DNA of 64,000 bases, from assembly GCA_028534125.1 (NCBI GenBank), contig CM052818.1, forward strand, positions 2,854,001 through 2,918,000, in the 5' to 3' direction. Both the position numbers and the translations under genes were made by a program. The notes under the pieces were generated by a model. The model was given only the letters and a program-made list of their open reading frames with translations. It was not told where the DNA came from and did not search any database. The stretch comes from Lama glama. Lineage: Eukaryota. Shown one piece after another: positions 61,546-64,000 of the stretch (position 1 is the stretch's first letter; every line of letters starts with the position of its first letter).

Positions 61546-64000
61546 TTGTTACTTTGAACCTCATAGAATCCCAGATACCATTGGAGGTTATGTCCATTCG
61601 GTAATTGGGAGAGGTTGTCTTCCTTATGTCACCTCCCAGCTCCCCACACTTCTAAGACAGAAAATACCACCTAAAAAAAAACCCTACTGAGTGATTTTAG
61701 CAAATATCGCTTGGCAGATGACAAATTCAAGAAAGTTCAGGCGTCCTTTTGAACATCGTAAATTCTTTGATTTTTGATGTGAAACATTTGTATTTCCTCC
61801 CTACTGATCAGTGGTCATTGTTTATTGAAGTCAGCACTAAGTTCCAGTTTCCTTATCTACAAAGTGGGAATAATAAAACTGTACCCACTTCACAGGTTAT
61901 AAGCAGCAGATGAGATGGTAAATATGGAAGCTATCTATAAACTTTAAAAATAAAGGGCTACACACAAAATGTCATTGATTTTATAATACAGAGATGGATT
62001 TCATAGTCCAGAAATAAACATTGTTATTTTTATGGTAGCTCCCACACGTAGGACTGGACGTAGACCTCACGAAGGCCGTCCTAGGATGCGAAATGCCACG
62101 GATGACAGGTAGAGAGGACACAGGTCAGCTTCCCTTGTGGATTCTGGGCTGAGGGACCGGTAGGGGGCATGAAGTAAGACAGTTCTCTTCACCATTACAT
62201 GGAAATGATGTCTTTCAGAGTGAAGAGTGGAGCGTTGTCCAGGACACATGTTTTCCTTATTGGGCAGCCATAATTAGGGAAAGTTCACTTCGAACAAGGG
62301 CCATAAAGGTGTATATATATGGAAGCCTTAGAAGCTGAGTTTCCTATATTTGCTTTTCCAGAAGTTGGTTTCCTAGGATAAAGTGATCTTTCTGTAAATA
62401 CTCAATGTCCCCTGCAAAGGGGACCTTTCTTATAGGAGTAAATGATGCTTCATGTTACTATGGTAACATATGAAAAATAGAGGGTTTTTCCATGAGACCT
62501 ATCTCCAAGGACCTTTTGAAAGTATGTTTTGAACAAGGTCCTGCTCTTTCGGCTGCCTACTAAAAGGGATGGGCCATGGGAAGGGGAGGTTGGGTCAACC
62601 AAGATGGAACTGGCCTGACACCCTGACTGGCCCAACTGCTTGGTTTCAGAATCAAAACCTCTTCCACAGCAGTGTAGTCTTTTCCACAGCAGTGCCCTCA
62701 AATCGCAACCACTTGGAGGGCTTGGTAAACCAGATTGCTGGGCAGGAGGTGAGGAGTTTGCATCGCTGTTTGTGGGGAGGAGAGGAAAGGGACACTTGGA
62801 GACCCACCGCTCTACAGTTGGTTGCTGTTAGGGAAGCTTCTGGCTTAACCAGCTGCATTTTGCTGAAATAACGTTCTGATATTTCTAAATGCCACTGTGG
62901 GTTTATGAGCCATTATTAACCACGATTAACGGTGCGCCTACGCCTGTCCTATTGACCAGAGCAGAGTTAGAAGTCGTGCTGCGAACTCTTAATTGTCCTA
63001 AGTGTTCTTGTGGAACCCATGGAAAATCTAACGAGTGTTATTAAACTTCAGCTGCCCAATGCTAGTCATGTCATGCTTTCTTTTTTGTGGATCACCAAAA
63101 ATTGACCATTGATTTAGTGCCAATTCAAATATTTTTAATCACCTCATTTTATAGTATGAACTTAATTCTGCACTAAAGCTAGTATGTTTCAGGTCACATC
63201 TAGATAGAGGATCGGGCTGCACTGAGGGTGACTTTTATTTTGCTTTCTCTTTTTCCTATGAAATGTCACGTATAAAAATCTTTCGCAGAATCAGGAAAGC
63301 CAGAAATCTAGGCTACCAGAACCATGTCTTAAGATTCCATTTCAAGTACAAGGCATATTCCCTTTAGACCAGCTCTAAAAATCTGGGTAAACTCTTTTGA
63401 AGCATTATGAATCAGTCATATTCAAGATGACTTAAATGGTTGTTACCTGGGCCTAGAAAAAGTAGAAAGTTTATTGAAATGGAATTGGATATATTTGCTA
63501 GTATGTTTCTTTCTCTTAAGTCAGAGGAAACAAAATTTTCTTTCACTCCCCTGAAGTATATTAGATGCCCTGTACTTTTCCCTTTAATTTTTTGTTGTCT
63601 CCTTACCTTGAAAACTTCAAGTTTTCTGCACGTGAGTGTCCACACCTCTCAAGTACTCGTGGATGGTGAGGGCTTCCTCCTCAAGAAGGGATTTTACACC
63701 CAACTCCTTTGTGTGACAGGCTTGTAGAACTTTGTGGAACTCCAATCTGCCATTGCCTTTGCTCTTTTGATTTTAATTCATGAATATGTTCACTTTTCTG
63801 GCTGGGAACCTTGACAGCAGAGTCCTGACCCCTCCACGTCCTGTCTTGAATTAACGTTGCTTGGTGCTTGCCCCCTTTTCCCTGCTCGTTCAAGGGCTTC
63901 TGGAGGGCACAGCCCTTGGGTCTTTGTCTTTGCCCTTGGACGCTGAGCACAGGTTGAGCCTCAGAGGAGACCAGAGAGCACTCGATGACCCTCTGGGGTG

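Noticed and set aside
1..64000. CRISPR arrays, operons, rRNA or other prokaryote-type systems; a novel protein-coding gene in the intergenic region
   Set aside because: Spliced mammalian locus. No repeat-spacer arrays were seen, and no intergenic ORF had recognisable homology or a consistent exon chain.

Overview
Mammalian genomic DNA, most likely a camelid (alpaca/camel), inferred from a tRNA-Ala-derived Vic-1-type SINE and no recognisable Alu, BovB, CAN or PRE-1 SINEs. The window holds the 3' end of ADD2 (beta-adducin) on the + strand: four coding exons at 507-596, 2518-2665, 3972-4097 and 10664-10971, an intron read-through tail giving the short beta-2/ADD63-type isoform, and a probable ~6.2 kb 3' UTR ending near an AGTAAA signal at 17175. 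A ~41 kb repeat-rich intergenic stretch follows (L1, L2, MIR, MLT1, an ERV1-type solo LTR with intact 4-bp TSD, two N gaps). The window ends with the CpG-island promoter, exon 1 (CDS 58833-58872) and start of intron 1 of TGFA, also on +. Almost all other ORFs in the track are spurious or L1-derived. I found no new protein-coding or prokaryote-type system. The best leads are regulatory or RNA-level: alternative ADD2 3' ends, an apparently decayed counterpart of the human beta-4 exon, Pumilio sites in the distal UTR, mostly co-oriented CTCF motifs, DR1 nuclear-receptor modules upstream of TGFA, and diverged p53/ERE sites in the TGFA promoter. Comparisons with human sequence are from memory and need checking by alignment. 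Repeat boundaries and subfamilies are approximate.
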